Origin: Lysobacterales bacterium
GTDB lineage: Bacteria; Pseudomonadota; Gammaproteobacteria; Xanthomonadales; Xanthomonadaceae
Reading direction: 5' to 3'
Assembly (NCBI GenBank): GCA_031364125.1
Contig: JANLVT010000045.1
Span: 5,082-69,081 of the forward strand
Length of the DNA: 64,000 nt
Below, one piece after another: positions 54,805 to 64,000 of this stretch; the stretch's first letter is position 1, and the number at the start of each line of letters is the position of its first letter. Both the position numbers and the translations under genes were made by a program. Below the pieces are notes generated by a model. The model made no database searches, had not been told where the DNA came from, and was given only the letters and a program-made list of their open reading frames with translations.

Positions 54805-54926
54805 GTAGAGCGGCCTTCAGGCCGGCCCAGGCAGAACCCGACCGGCGACGACATCAGGGCCGTGCCCACGGCTGACGAAAACGAAACGGTTGCGTATTGG
54901 AAGCAGCCGCCTGAAGGCCGCTCTAC
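54805..54926 (-). repeat. MITE-like element, family 1, complete copy
   Basis: GTAGAGCGGCCTTCAGGCCG...GCCGCCTGAAGGCCGCTCTAC, 122 bp, between convergent genes (stops at 54789 and 54933). Confidence 0.75.
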
Positions 54927-54932
54927 GAGCCG

Positions 54933-56108
54933 CTACGGCGAATGGATCGCGCCCAGCACCCGCGGCCCCGCGGCGCCGGTGACGCCGGGCAGGTTGCCCG
55001 GGCGCCCCAGCACCGTCTGCCGCGCCAGCCAGGCAAAGCCCAGGGCTTCCACCACATCCGGATCGATGCCATGCGCCGCGGTGGATTCCACCGCGATGCC
55101 GGGCAGCGCCTCGGCCAGCGCGCGCATCAGCGCCGGGTTGTGGACGCCGCCACCGCAGCCGATCACCCGCGCGGCGCCGGGCAGGGTGGCGCGCAGCGCG
55201 TCTGCGACGGTGCGCGCTGTCAGCGCCAGCAGCGTCGCCTGCACGTCGGCCGGGGTTTCGGTCCCGCCGAGTTTGGATTCGACCCAACCCAGGTGGAACT
55301 GGTCGCGGCCGGTGGATTTCGGCGGTGGCAGCGTGAACCACGGGTCGTCGAGCAGTCGCGCCAGCAGCGCGTCGTCCACCCGCCCGCCCGCGGCGAACGC
55401 GCCGCCGCGGTCGAAGCCCGCGCCGGTGTGGCGCAGGCACCAGGCGTCCATCAGCCCGTTCGCGGGGCCGGTGTCGAAGCCGCGCACGCCGTGGCCTTCG
55501 GATCCGCCGTGTCGTGCGGGCAACAGGGTGAGATTGGCGATGCCGCCGAGGTTCAGCACAGCGCGGTCTTCCGTCGGTGACGACAGCAGCGCCGCATGCA
55601 GCGCCGGCAGCAGCGGCGCGCCGTGGCCGCCGGCGGCGACATCGCGACGCCGGAAATCGGCGACGGTGCGGAGCCCGGTGGCTTCGGCGATGAGATTGGC
55701 GTCGCCCAGTTGCAGCGTGAAGCGATGCACACCGTCGCCGCGGCGGCCGTCGGGACGATGACGAAGCGTCTGGCCGTGCGAACCGATCGCGGCGATATCC
55801 GCATGCCGCACGCCGCTGTCGCGGATCGCCTGCGCGGCGGCGGCGGCGAAAGCTGCGCCGATGCGCAAGTCCAGTTCGCCGATCTCGTCCAGCGTCAGCT
55901 TCGGCGCATGCTGGCCCAGTTCGATCAACACAGCACGCAGCTCGGCATCCCAAGCATAGGTATGGCCGTACAGCACCTCGGCGCGCGGCGCGCGGTCCGT
56001 CTCGCCGTCGTGGAAGCGGGCGATGGCGACATCGATCCCGTCGGCGCTGGTGCCGGAGATCATGCCCAGGAAGAGGTCTGGATCGGGATTGGGGGTGTCG
56101 GTCGTCAT
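54933..56108 (-). CDS. anmK: anhydro-N-acetylmuramic acid kinase
   Basis: 391 aa. N-terminal [14 protein letters not shown] (family motif G.MSGTS.DG.D), ..NLGGIAN.., ..FDTGPAN... Confidence 0.9.
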   Translation of the reverse strand: MTTDTPNPDPDLFLGMISGTSADGIDVAIARFHDGETDRAPRAEVLYGHTYAWDAELRAVLIELGQHAPKLTLDEIGELDLRIGAAFAAAAAQAIRDSGVRHADIAAIGSHGQTLRHRPDGRRGDGVHRFTLQLGDANLIAEATGLRTVADFRRRDVAAGGHGAPLLPALHAALLSSPTEDRAVLNLGGIANLTLLPARHGGSEGHGVRGFDTGPANGLMDAWCLRHTGAGFDRGGAFAAGGRVDDALLARLLDDPWFTLPPPKSTGRDQFHLGWVESKLGGTETPADVQATLLALTARTVADALRATLPGAARVIGCGGGVHNPALMRALAEALPGIAVESTAAHGIDPDVVEALGFAWLARQTVLGRPGNLPGVTGAAGPRVLGAIHSP

Positions 56109-56182
56109 CGCCGCATGATCGGCGATGACGGCAGCGCTTGCCAGTCGCTGCCGGCAAGCGTGCGGCTATCCGGCGCGCGGAC

Positions 56183-57649
56183 TCAGCCCTTGTTGCGCGG
56201 CTTGCGGCCCGGGGTGGTTTCCAGCGCGATCGCCAGCGCTTTTTCCGGCGTCTGCACAGCGTCCGGGAACACGATGTTCTCGACTGTGCGGATCTTGGTC
56301 ATCGCGCGCTGGGTCTCGCTGCGGAAGCTCGCCAGTTCGGTGCCGCGCAGCGGCTCCGGCGGCGGCATGGTCACGCTCAGTGGGTTGCGATGAACGCCGT
56401 TGATCCGGAATTCGTAGTGCAGGTGCGGGCCGGTGGACATGCCGGTGCTGCCGACGTAACCGATGACCGTGCCCTGCGGGATGCGCTGGCCCTGGCGGAT
56501 GTTGCCGAAGCGCGACATGTGGCCGTAGAGGGTGGTGTAGCCGCGGCCGTGGTCCAGGATCACCGCACGGCCGTAGCCGCCCTGCCAGCCGACCAGCTGC
56601 ACGCGGGCATCGCCGGCCGCCTGGATGGGCGTGCCGGTAGGCGCGGCGTAGTCCACGCCCTTGTGCATGCGGGTCGTGCCCAGCACCGGATGCCGGCGAC
56701 TGCCGAAGCTCGACGACAGACGGGCGTAGGGAATCGGCATGCGGATGAAACTCTTTTTCAGCGGCCGGCCGTCTGCGGTGAAGTATTCGGGTTTGCCGTT
56801 GCGGACGTGGCGGAAGCCGGTGTGCAGCTTGCCGTCGATGGTGAAGGCCGCGGCCAGCACCGCGCCGGTCTTCTCCAGCTGGCCGTCGACCCACATCTGG
56901 TCGACCACCACGCTGAAGAGGTCGTCGGCGTCGAGGTCGGAATCGAAGTCGATGTCGTACTTGAAGATTTCGTCGGTGAGCTGGTCGAGGTGCGCGCCGC
57001 TCAGCCCCAGTTTGCGTGCCGAGCGGAACAGCGAGCCGCCGACCTTGCCGCTGAGCACCACGGTGCGCACGTCGACATCGCGACTCAGCACGGTCTCGCT
57101 CACGCCGTCGTCGGTGAGTTCCAGCTGGATGCGCTGGCCGTCGCCGCGCACGAAGCGCACCGCGCGCAGCTTGCCGTTGATCGGCAGATCCACCGACAGC
57201 TGGGTCTTGGGGGTGACCTGGCCGATCGCGGCCTTTGCGCCCGGATGCGCCAGCACGCGCTCCAGGTCCGCGGCGGGGATGCCCAGTTGTTCGAACAGAT
57301 GCTTGAGCGAGGCGCCGCGGCGCACGGTGACCGCCTGCCAGCTGTCGCCCAGATTGCCCTTCTGCCGCGCCAGCGACAGCGGCGGGAGTTTCAGCGACAG
57401 GGTCTGGATGGGGGTGGCGGCCGAGGGCTGCAGCACGGTGGCGAAGCCGGGCACGATGGCGCCGAGCAGTGCGACCATGGTGGCGACCAGGCTGGCCTGC
57501 GCCCACTGGCGGCGGGTCCAGCGCCCGTTGAAGCCCTGGGCGACGCCGTTTTCGGGCAGGATCTGGTTGGCTTCCTGCTCGGTGGCCTGGCGCAGATTGC
57601 GCAGGCGAACGAGGCGATGACGCAGGGTGCGACTCGACGGTGTTGTCAT
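56183..57649 (-). CDS. M23-family peptidoglycan DD-metalloendopeptidase (MepM-like, OapA/LysM-type N-terminal part)
   Basis: About 488 aa. M23 motifs HKGVDYAAPTGTPI and GSTGMSTGPHLHYEF, with an N-terminal TM anchor. Start uncertain (57649 or 57745). Confidence 0.85.
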   Translation of the reverse strand: MTTPSSRTLRHRLVRLRNLRQATEQEANQILPENGVAQGFNGRWTRRQWAQASLVATMVALLGAIVPGFATVLQPSAATPIQTLSLKLPPLSLARQKGNLGDSWQAVTVRRGASLKHLFEQLGIPAADLERVLAHPGAKAAIGQVTPKTQLSVDLPINGKLRAVRFVRGDGQRIQLELTDDGVSETVLSRDVDVRTVVLSGKVGGSLFRSARKLGLSGAHLDQLTDEIFKYDIDFDSDLDADDLFSVVVDQMWVDGQLEKTGAVLAAAFTIDGKLHTGFRHVRNGKPEYFTADGRPLKKSFIRMPIPYARLSSSFGSRRHPVLGTTRMHKGVDYAAPTGTPIQAAGDARVQLVGWQGGYGRAVILDHGRGYTTLYGHMSRFGNIRQGQRIPQGTVIGYVGSTGMSTGPHLHYEFRINGVHRNPLSVTMPPPEPLRGTELASFRSETQRAMTKIRTVENIVFPDAVQTPEKALAIALETTPGRKPRNKG

Positions 57650-57855
57650 TGAACGGATTCCCCAGTCGGGACGGCCAAGACCGGTACCATAGTTGACTCG
57701 AAAAGAATGCGTCAAATGCTTGACAGGCTTGGTTTTTTTCGACATTTCGGTTTAACTAGACCTTAACGTGCCGTTCATGCTCGCAGCCCCCGAACTGCGG
57801 GCGGCATCACCTTTGCGGCTCCTTCTTCCCCTACAGGTTCACGGTTTGACTTCCC

Positions 57856-59088
57856 ATGCCCATTGACGCCTCCAATCCGGCTTTCGACCTCATTGCGCGC
57901 GGCGCCGACGAAATTCTCAAGCGCGAGGAGCTCGAAACCCGCCTCGCCGCTTGCATGAAAGCCGGCGGCCGCCCGATGCGGATCAAGGCCGGTTTCGACC
58001 CCACCGCGCCCGACCTGCACATCGGCCACACCGTGCTGTTGAACAAGATGCGCCAGTTCCAGGAACTGGGGCATCAGGTGATTTTCCTGATCGGCGACTT
58101 CACCGGGATGATCGGCGACCCCACCGGCAAGAACGTCACCCGCAAGCCGATGACGCGCGAAGACGTCGAAGCCAATGCGAGGACCTACGCCGACCAGGTG
58201 TTCAAGGTGCTCGACCGAGACAAGACCGAGCTTCGCTTCAACATGGAGTGGTTCGGGCAGATGAGCGCCGTCGAGATGACCCGTTTGGCAGGTCTGCTCA
58301 CGGTCGCGCGAATGCTCGAACGCGACGACTTCGCCAAACGCTATGCCGCGCAGCAGCCGATCTCGATCCACGAGTTCCTGTATCCGCTCGCCCAGGGCTA
58401 CGACTCCGTCGCATTGAAATCCGATGTCGAACTCGGCGGCACCGACCAGAAGTTCAACCTGCTGATGGGACGCGCCCTGCAGGAGCACTTCGGCCAGCCG
58501 CCGCAGATCGTGCTGACCATGCCGTTGCTGGAGGGTCTGGACGGTGTGCAGAAGATGTCGAAATCGTTGGGCAACTACATCGGCATCAACGAGCCGGCCA
58601 TCGATATCGTCAACAAGACCATGAAGATCGGCGACGCGCTGATGTGGCGCTGGATCGACCTGCTGAGTTTCGAGATCGGCATCGAAGAAGCCAAGCGCCT
58701 GCGCGCCGATATCGAAAGCGGCCAGCTCAACCCGCGCGACGTGAAGCTGCGCCTCGCCCGCGAACTCGCGGCCCGCTTCCATGATGCCGCGGCGGCCGAA
58801 ACCGCGATCGCCGGTTGGCAGGCTGCCGTGAGCGGCCAGGGCGACATGACCCTGCTGGCGCTGCAGCACGTGACCATCCCGGCCGAAGGCATCCGCATCG
58901 CCGCGCTGCTGACCGCCGCCGGTATCACCCCCAGCAACGCCGAAGCCGGCCGCAAGCTCAAGGAGCGGGCGGTGAAGGTCGACGGCGAGGTGGTCGAAGA
59001 CCCGGCGACGCAGTTTGCGCCGGGGTTCGAAGGCGTGCTGCAGGTGGGCAAGCGCAACTTCGCTCGGGTGCGGTTGGTCGCTGGCTGA
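57856..59088 (+). CDS. tyrS: tyrosine--tRNA ligase (type 2)
   Basis: 410 aa. HIGH motif (DLHIGH), KMSKS, C-terminal S4-like domain. Confidence 0.93.
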   Translation: MPIDASNPAFDLIARGADEILKREELETRLAACMKAGGRPMRIKAGFDPTAPDLHIGHTVLLNKMRQFQELGHQVIFLIGDFTGMIGDPTGKNVTRKPMTREDVEANARTYADQVFKVLDRDKTELRFNMEWFGQMSAVEMTRLAGLLTVARMLERDDFAKRYAAQQPISIHEFLYPLAQGYDSVALKSDVELGGTDQKFNLLMGRALQEHFGQPPQIVLTMPLLEGLDGVQKMSKSLGNYIGINEPAIDIVNKTMKIGDALMWRWIDLLSFEIGIEEAKRLRADIESGQLNPRDVKLRLARELAARFHDAAAAETAIAGWQAAVSGQGDMTLLALQHVTIPAEGIRIAALLTAAGITPSNAEAGRKLKERAVKVDGEVVEDPATQFAPGFEGVLQVGKRNFARVRLVAG

Positions 59089-59156
59089 TCATCGCCGGCC
59101 GACGTCGACCGTCGAACCCGGTGAGTCGAGCCGGCGCGTCGAGCCGATACGCCCGG

Positions 59157-60542
59157 CTACATGATCGAAAAATGATTCTTGTCCGGCCCGTCCTGCGACG
59201 GGCCGCGTGGCGCGATGCCGGTCTGCTGCTGCAGGGTCTCGACCGCCATCGGCGGCGCATGTTTCGGCGTGACGCCGTCCTGATGGGCGACCAGCGAAGG
59301 TTTTCCGCCATCCGGGGTCGCCACTTCGAGGCGCGAGATCGCGGTCAGTCCGCTCTGGCTCGCATGCGAGGCGAGTTCGCGCGCGCTTTCGATGGCCTGC
59401 TGCTCAGTCTTGATGCCCAGCGTCTCGCGCTGCGGGCCCAGCGCATCGAAAGCCTGCTGGTACAGCGATGGCGGGCTGCCGGAAGAGACAGGTGTGCTGA
59501 TCTGCGGCGTGGAGGATTCCGCGACCGACCTGCCTGGCGCGACCGACGCTTCGGCCAGGGGCACGCTTGCGGGCAACAGCTTGACTTGCCTGCCGGTGAC
59601 GCTGAATTCCAGCGATTCCTCGCCTTTGGTGAGTGTGATTTTGTCCTTCGCGGCGTTGGCGGTCAGCGTGAAATCGCCGCTGATGTCGGCCGCGTGCGCC
59701 GCGGTCGCGATCGTGCCGGCGACCGATGCTTTTTGGAAGCTGAAATTGATGCCGGTGCCGTCGAGCTTCGCGCGAACGGCCGCGGTCAGTTCGGCTGGCG
59801 GCCCGACCGGTGCCACGAATTCCGGTTCTGGCAGGGGCGCCACATATCGGGCCCCGGGCGAGTGCGCAACGGCGCCGCCGGCGCGCGGCGCGACTTCGAT
59901 ATCGGCGGGGGCCGGGTTTCCGAGCGAGCACGCGAACGTGCCGTGAGCGAGATGCGGCCTGATCGCTTCGGCCAGATCGGGTCGAAGCTCGGTCAGCGTG
60001 GTGTTGGTATAGCCGCCGACGTAAAGCGCATGGCTGTCCGTCCGCTTCAGATAAAGGTTGTCGGAGGTGATCGTGCAGCCGTTGTCGACGTGGGTGCGGA
60101 TGCGGTCGGCGTGCACCGCGTTGCCCTGGACGAAATGATCCTCGATCAGGCCGGCGAGATTGCGCTCGCGTCCTATCGCGATGGGGTTGCCGTTGTGGAC
60201 CAGATGTACTTCGCGGATGGCGTCGCGGCCGCCGACGCTTTCGATGAAACGGCTGAGATCGCCCTTGTAGTCGTCGAAGCGATCCGTCTTGCCTTGTTCG
60301 CCTTGCACGAACGAGTACGCATCGCTGAAGACGTGGGTGAGCGCGATCCTCTCATCGGTGCGGACCGCCACCGCGACGCAGCCGGACAGACCATCGGTCA
60401 TCAACTCGACGCCGCTGTTGCGACGCACCGTCGCCCATTCGTCCAGGCTCACCTTTACGGTGGTGGGGCCGGCCGGCACGGACGAGGGTGCGGGTGTCGG
60501 CGTGGCGCTCGATGCCGGCTTTGAACCTGAGAAATCTTCCAT
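59157..60542 (-). CDS. hypothetical protein; candidate T4SS effector (XVIPCD-like C-terminus) with N-terminal Cys/His domain
   Basis: About 461 aa from MEDFSGSK (ATG 60542). The Ser/Pro/Thr-rich N-terminus has no signal peptide. GLSGCVAVAVRTDERIALTHV shows Cys..His spacing like CheD/CNF1-type deamidases. The C-terminal ~110 aa SLYQQAFDALG....LA..A...GLTAISRLEV.....G..SLVAHQ........ETLQQQ resemble my recollection of the XVIPCD consensus. Confidence 0.55.
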   Translation of the reverse strand: MEDFSGSKPASSATPTPAPSSVPAGPTTVKVSLDEWATVRRNSGVELMTDGLSGCVAVAVRTDERIALTHVFSDAYSFVQGEQGKTDRFDDYKGDLSRFIESVGGRDAIREVHLVHNGNPIAIGRERNLAGLIEDHFVQGNAVHADRIRTHVDNGCTITSDNLYLKRTDSHALYVGGYTNTTLTELRPDLAEAIRPHLAHGTFACSLGNPAPADIEVAPRAGGAVAHSPGARYVAPLPEPEFVAPVGPPAELTAAVRAKLDGTGINFSFQKASVAGTIATAAHAADISGDFTLTANAAKDKITLTKGEESLEFSVTGRQVKLLPASVPLAEASVAPGRSVAESSTPQISTPVSSGSPPSLYQQAFDALGPQRETLGIKTEQQAIESARELASHASQSGLTAISRLEVATPDGGKPSLVAHQDGVTPKHAPPMAVETLQQQTGIAPRGPSQDGPDKNHFSIM

Positions 60543-60833
60543 CGCGTCTTGCCTTTCGTTGGGCGACCCGTGGCGCGCCGCGATGCTTCGTGCTGGTCGG
60601 CGATCGACGCCGTAAGCGCGACGACATCCTTGCTTGTCGTGTGTCTGCGGTGCCGGCACGTGCCTAAACCGGCCGCAGCGGCGCTTTCCGGCGAGCGCCT
60701 ACGATAACAGCCGCGATGCTGTCGTCGATATCGGCCGCCACACCAGCCAGGGCCACATTTCGTGGCGCCCCGCAGGCTTGGACTTCTGGGATACTGGCAA
60801 GCTCCCGCCGCTCCGGCTCTGCGGATCCTCTGC

Positions 60834-62996
60834 ATGTCATCCCTCCGAATCCTTGTGCTCGCCATCGCCATGACCTCGACCATTCCCTTGACCACCCTCT
60901 CCGCCGACCTGCCCACCCCGCCCGACGCCGCCAAAAAGCCGCATACCGTCAAGGCGCCGCACGGCGCGACGCGCAGCGACGAGTATTACTGGCTGCGCGA
61001 CGACAAGCGCGAGGACAAGGCGATGCTGGGCTATCTCAACGCCGAGAACGCCTATGCCGATCAGGTGATGGCGCCGCTCAAGCCGCTGCAGGAGACGCTG
61101 TACAACGAGATCGTCGGCCGCATCAAGCAGGACGACGATTCGGTGCCGTACCGCGAGCGCGGCTGGTGGTATTTCAGCCGCTTCCAGGCCGGCAAGGATT
61201 ATCCGGTCCATCTGCGCGCCAAGGCCACTGCCGACGGCAGTCGGGGCAAGGACGAGCAGGTAATGCTCGACCTGAACGTGCTGGCCAAGGACAAGAACTA
61301 TTACAGCGTCGGCGACATGGCCGTCAGCCAGGACAATACCGTTCTGGCCTACGCCGAAGACGACAACGGCCGCCGCCAGTACACGGTGCGCTTCAAGAAC
61401 CTGGAGACCGGCGAGCTGTACCCGGACGAGATCAAGGGCGTGTCGGCGAATCTGGTCTGGGCCGACGACAACAAGACCCTGTTCTACATCGAGAACGATC
61501 CCGAAACCCTGCTCACCGTGCGCGTGAAGAAGCACGTGCTGGGCACGCCGGTCAGCGCCGACGTACTGGTCTACGAGGAAAAGGACGACAGCTTCTACAT
61601 GGGCATCGGCCGTACCCGCGACGACGGCTACATCTGCATCACCGTGGATAGCACGGTGTCCAGCGAAATGCGCTGCGCGCCGGCGGCCGACCCGAAGACC
61701 TTCACCGTGCTCGCCGCGCGCGAACGCGATGTCGAATACGACGCCGAGCATCTCGGCGGACGCTGGGTGATCCACACCAACGCGCCCGGCGCCGACGGCA
61801 AGCCCGCGGCCAACTACAAACTCATGACCGCCGACAGCGGCGCGACCTCGCGCCGCGAGTGGCAGGAATGGGTGGCGCATCGCGACGACGTGTTCATCGA
61901 CGGCTTCGAGCTGTTCGACGGCTTCACCGCGATCGCCGAACGGTCCGAGGGCCTGGAGCGCATCCGCCTGCTCAAGCCCGACGGCGAGGAATACGTGAAG
62001 GCCGACGAGCCGGCGTATTCGATGGGCTTTTCAACCAATTCCGAAGCCGACACGCCGTGGCTGCGCTACGGCTATACCTCGCTGACCACGCCGTCCACCA
62101 CCTACGAACTCAACGTCGTCACCGGCGAGCGCCGGGTGCTCAAGCAGCAGCCGGTGATCGGTTATGACGCATCGAAGTACACGACCGAGCGCGTCTGGGC
62201 GACCGCCCGCGACGGCGTGAAGGTGCCGGTGTCGCTGGTCTACAAAAAGGGCTTCGAGCGCAACGGCAGCGCGGCGATGCTGCAGTACTCCTACGGCAGC
62301 TACGGCATCTCCAGCGATCCGGGCTTCAGCGTCACCAACGTCAGCCTGCTCGATCGCGGCATGGTCTACGCCATCGCCCACATCCGCGGCGGCCAGGAAA
62401 TGGGCCGCAAGTGGTACGACGACGGCAAGCTGTTCAACAAGAAGAACACCTTCACCGATTTCATCGACGTCACCGATGATCTTGTCGCCAAGGGCTACGC
62501 CGCCAAGGACCGCGTCGCGGCCTACGGCGGCAGCGCCGGCGGGCTGCTGATGGGCGCGATCTCCAACATGGCGCCCGACAAATACCGGGCGATCCTGTCG
62601 CAGGTGCCGTTCGTCGACGTGGTCACCACCATGCTCGATCCGACCATCCCGCTGACCACCAACGAATACGACGAGTGGGGCAACCCGGAAAAGAAGAAGT
62701 ACTACGACTACATGCTGTCGTACTCGCCTTACGACAATCTGTCGAAGCAGGCCTATCCGGCGATGTTCGTCGGCACCGGGCTGTGGGATTCGCAGGTGCA
62801 GTACTGGGAGCCGGCGAAGTACGTCGCCCGCCTGCGCGACCTCAATAGCTCGCAGTATCCGGTGGTGTTCCGCACGAATATGGACGCCGGCCACGGCGGT
62901 AAATCGGGACGCTTCCGCCGCTACCGCGAGCAGGCTGAGATGTACGCCTTTATGCTCGACCAGCTGGGCGTGACCGCGCCCAAGGCCGCCGAGTAA
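60834..62996 (+). CDS. ptrB: oligopeptidase B (protease II, S9A)
   Basis: About 720 aa. Signal/lipoprotein-like N-terminus, DEYYWLRDD, ..AYGGSAGGLLMGA.. nucleophile, ..MDAGHGG... Start at MSSLRIL (ATG 60834). Confidence 0.88.
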   Translation: MSSLRILVLAIAMTSTIPLTTLSADLPTPPDAAKKPHTVKAPHGATRSDEYYWLRDDKREDKAMLGYLNAENAYADQVMAPLKPLQETLYNEIVGRIKQDDDSVPYRERGWWYFSRFQAGKDYPVHLRAKATADGSRGKDEQVMLDLNVLAKDKNYYSVGDMAVSQDNTVLAYAEDDNGRRQYTVRFKNLETGELYPDEIKGVSANLVWADDNKTLFYIENDPETLLTVRVKKHVLGTPVSADVLVYEEKDDSFYMGIGRTRDDGYICITVDSTVSSEMRCAPAADPKTFTVLAARERDVEYDAEHLGGRWVIHTNAPGADGKPAANYKLMTADSGATSRREWQEWVAHRDDVFIDGFELFDGFTAIAERSEGLERIRLLKPDGEEYVKADEPAYSMGFSTNSEADTPWLRYGYTSLTTPSTTYELNVVTGERRVLKQQPVIGYDASKYTTERVWATARDGVKVPVSLVYKKGFERNGSAAMLQYSYGSYGISSDPGFSVTNVSLLDRGMVYAIAHIRGGQEMGRKWYDDGKLFNKKNTFTDFIDVTDDLVAKGYAAKDRVAAYGGSAGGLLMGAISNMAPDKYRAILSQVPFVDVVTTMLDPTIPLTTNEYDEWGNPEKKKYYDYMLSYSPYDNLSKQAYPAMFVGTGLWDSQVQYWEPAKYVARLRDLNSSQYPVVFRTNMDAGHGGKSGRFRRYREQAEMYAFMLDQLGVTAPKAAE

Positions 62997-63036
62997 ATCT
63001 CTTCGCCTGCCCGTTCGCGGGCAGGCGTCGCCGCAC

Positions 63037-63441
63037 ATGCCGTCGTCACTGCAGCAGCCACCGCAACAGGCGCCGCGACGCACGCGCTGGCTGTGGTGGC
63101 TGTTGGCCTACGCCAGTCTGGCGCTGGGCGTGATCGGCATCGTCGTGCCGGGGCTGCCCACGGTGCCGTTCGTGTTGTTGTCGGCCTTCGCCGCCGCGCG
63201 CGGCTCGCAGCGGCTGCATGCGCGGCTGCTCGCGGATCGCCGGTTCGGGCCGATGATCCGCGACTGGCAGGCGCAGGGTGCGGTAGGCCGGCGCGCGAAA
63301 TGGCTGGCGACCACGATGATGAGCGCCTGCGCGGCGCTGATGTTCCTCACCGCGCCGAAACTGTGGATGGCCGCTACCGGCACCGGGATCATGATGCTGG
63401 TCGCCACCTGGCTGTGGCTGCGCCCCGAACCCTCCGCCTGA
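63037..63441 (+). CDS. ybaN: YbaN-family (DUF454) inner-membrane protein
   Basis: 134 aa. LALGVIGIVVPGLPTVPFVLLSAFAAARGS.RLH..LL....FGP.IRDW. Confidence 0.75.
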   Translation: MPSSLQQPPQQAPRRTRWLWWLLAYASLALGVIGIVVPGLPTVPFVLLSAFAAARGSQRLHARLLADRRFGPMIRDWQAQGAVGRRAKWLATTMMSACAALMFLTAPKLWMAATGTGIMMLVATWLWLRPEPSA

Positions 63442-63522
63442 ACCGCCGGCCCGAATGCGGACGTCTTGCGGACGTCTTGCGTCCGCATTCCGTCCGGCGG
63501 CCACGGCGGCTACACTACGCGC

Positions 63523-63750
63523 ATGAACAAACGCCACGTTTTCGTTTCCGCCGCCTTCGCGCTCGCGCTCCCGTTCGCCCTGTCCGGCTGCGGCAACAAG
63601 GGTCCGCTGGTGCTGACCGACGACCCGCCCGCCGAGCCTGCTGTCGAAGTGCCCTCCGTCGAAGCGCCCGCGCCCGCGGTTGAGACTGCGCCGACGCCCG
63701 CAGCGGACGCCGCCACGCCGCCGCCCGCCGACGGTACGCCCTGCCATTGA
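63523..63750 (+). CDS. lptM: LPS-assembly lipoprotein LptM (YifL-like)
   Basis: 75 aa. Lipobox plus family motif ALSGCGNKGPLVL, Pro/Ala-rich tail. It holds the conserved position immediately upstream of dapF. Confidence 0.6.
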   Translation: MNKRHVFVSAAFALALPFALSGCGNKGPLVLTDDPPAEPAVEVPSVEAPAPAVETAPTPAADAATPPPADGTPCH

Positions 63751-63799
63751 AATGAACACCGCGTCGAAATGAACACAGCATCGAAATGAACATAGCGTT
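63749..63799 (+). repeat. 17-nt tandem repeat (3 units) spanning the lptM stop and dapF start
   Basis: GAAATGAACACCGCGTC / GAAATGAACACAGCATC / GAAATGAACATAGCGTT. Each unit carries an ATG (63752, 63769, 63786). Confidence 0.85.
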
Positions 63800-64000
63800 G
63801 CGCGTGCTGCTGCGCTTCACCAAGATGCACGGCGCCGGCAACGATTTCGTGGTGCTCGACCTGCGTCGCGCTCCCGTGCCGCCGACGCCCGAACTCTGTC
63901 GCGCCCTGGCCGACCGCCACACCGGCGTCGGCTGCGACCAGATCCTGACCATTGAGCCGGCGCGCAGCCCGACCGCCGCCGCCTCGTATCGCATCTGGAA
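63786..64000 (+). CDS. dapF: diaminopimelate epimerase, N-terminal part (runs off the right edge)
   Basis: Own translation: [62 protein letters not shown]... The FTKMHG.GNDFVV.D and G.G.DQ motifs are diagnostic. Confidence 0.85.
   Translation, partial: MNIALRVLLRFTKMHGAGNDFVVLDLRRAPVPPTPELCRALADRHTGVGCDQILTIEPARSPTAAASYRIW

Noticed and set aside
54426-54875. Small ORFs reading through MITE copies (e.g. 54426..54869, 54510..54875, 49825..50241, 20387..20581), which share peptide strings such as ..SPVGFCLGRPEGRSTR...
   Set aside because: The shared peptide strings arise because the ORFs traverse copies of the same non-coding repeat in either orientation. They have no independent coding evidence.

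Overview
High-GC (high-60s % by eye) gammaproteobacterial chromosome segment. Gene content and order look Xanthomonadales/Lysobacter-like: priA, rpoH, phhA-dut-PMM/PGM, pyrE/xth-ampG-anmK, tyrS, lptM-dapF. This taxonomic placement is inference only. Most of the window is housekeeping, but four accessory features stand out. (1) A 10.2 kb, seven-gene minus-strand operon (22947-33171) encodes what looks like a complete thiopeptide (pyritide)-type RiPP pathway. It comprises a 59-aa Ser/Cys-rich precursor, a LanB-type dehydratase, two SpaB_C-type proteins, an ocin-ThiF-like/RRE protein, a YcaO cyclodehydratase and a SagB-type dehydrogenase. This is the best candidate for an undescribed system, because I know of no characterised thiopeptide from this lineage. 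(2) A clearly low-GC single-gene island encodes a DUF4238 protein (44132-45304) and is bracketed by inverted copies of a ~290 bp repeat family. (3) A 461-aa protein has a C-terminus resembling the XVIPCD secretion domain of Xanthomonadales T4SS antibacterial effectors and an N-terminal Cys/His domain. (4) Interspersed repeats are dense: a 122-bp MITE-like family with 20-bp terminal inverted repeats, a ~290-bp tandem family, and several in-frame VNTRs inside genes. Other oddities are a perfect inverted pair of consensus DnaA boxes upstream of priA, a relic cydB, and a 17-nt tandem repeat that creates two ATGA-coupled mini-ORFs in front of dapF. I saw no rRNA, tRNA or CRISPR array. Many long ORFs in the supplied track are antisense or shadow frames typical of high-GC DNA and were not called.
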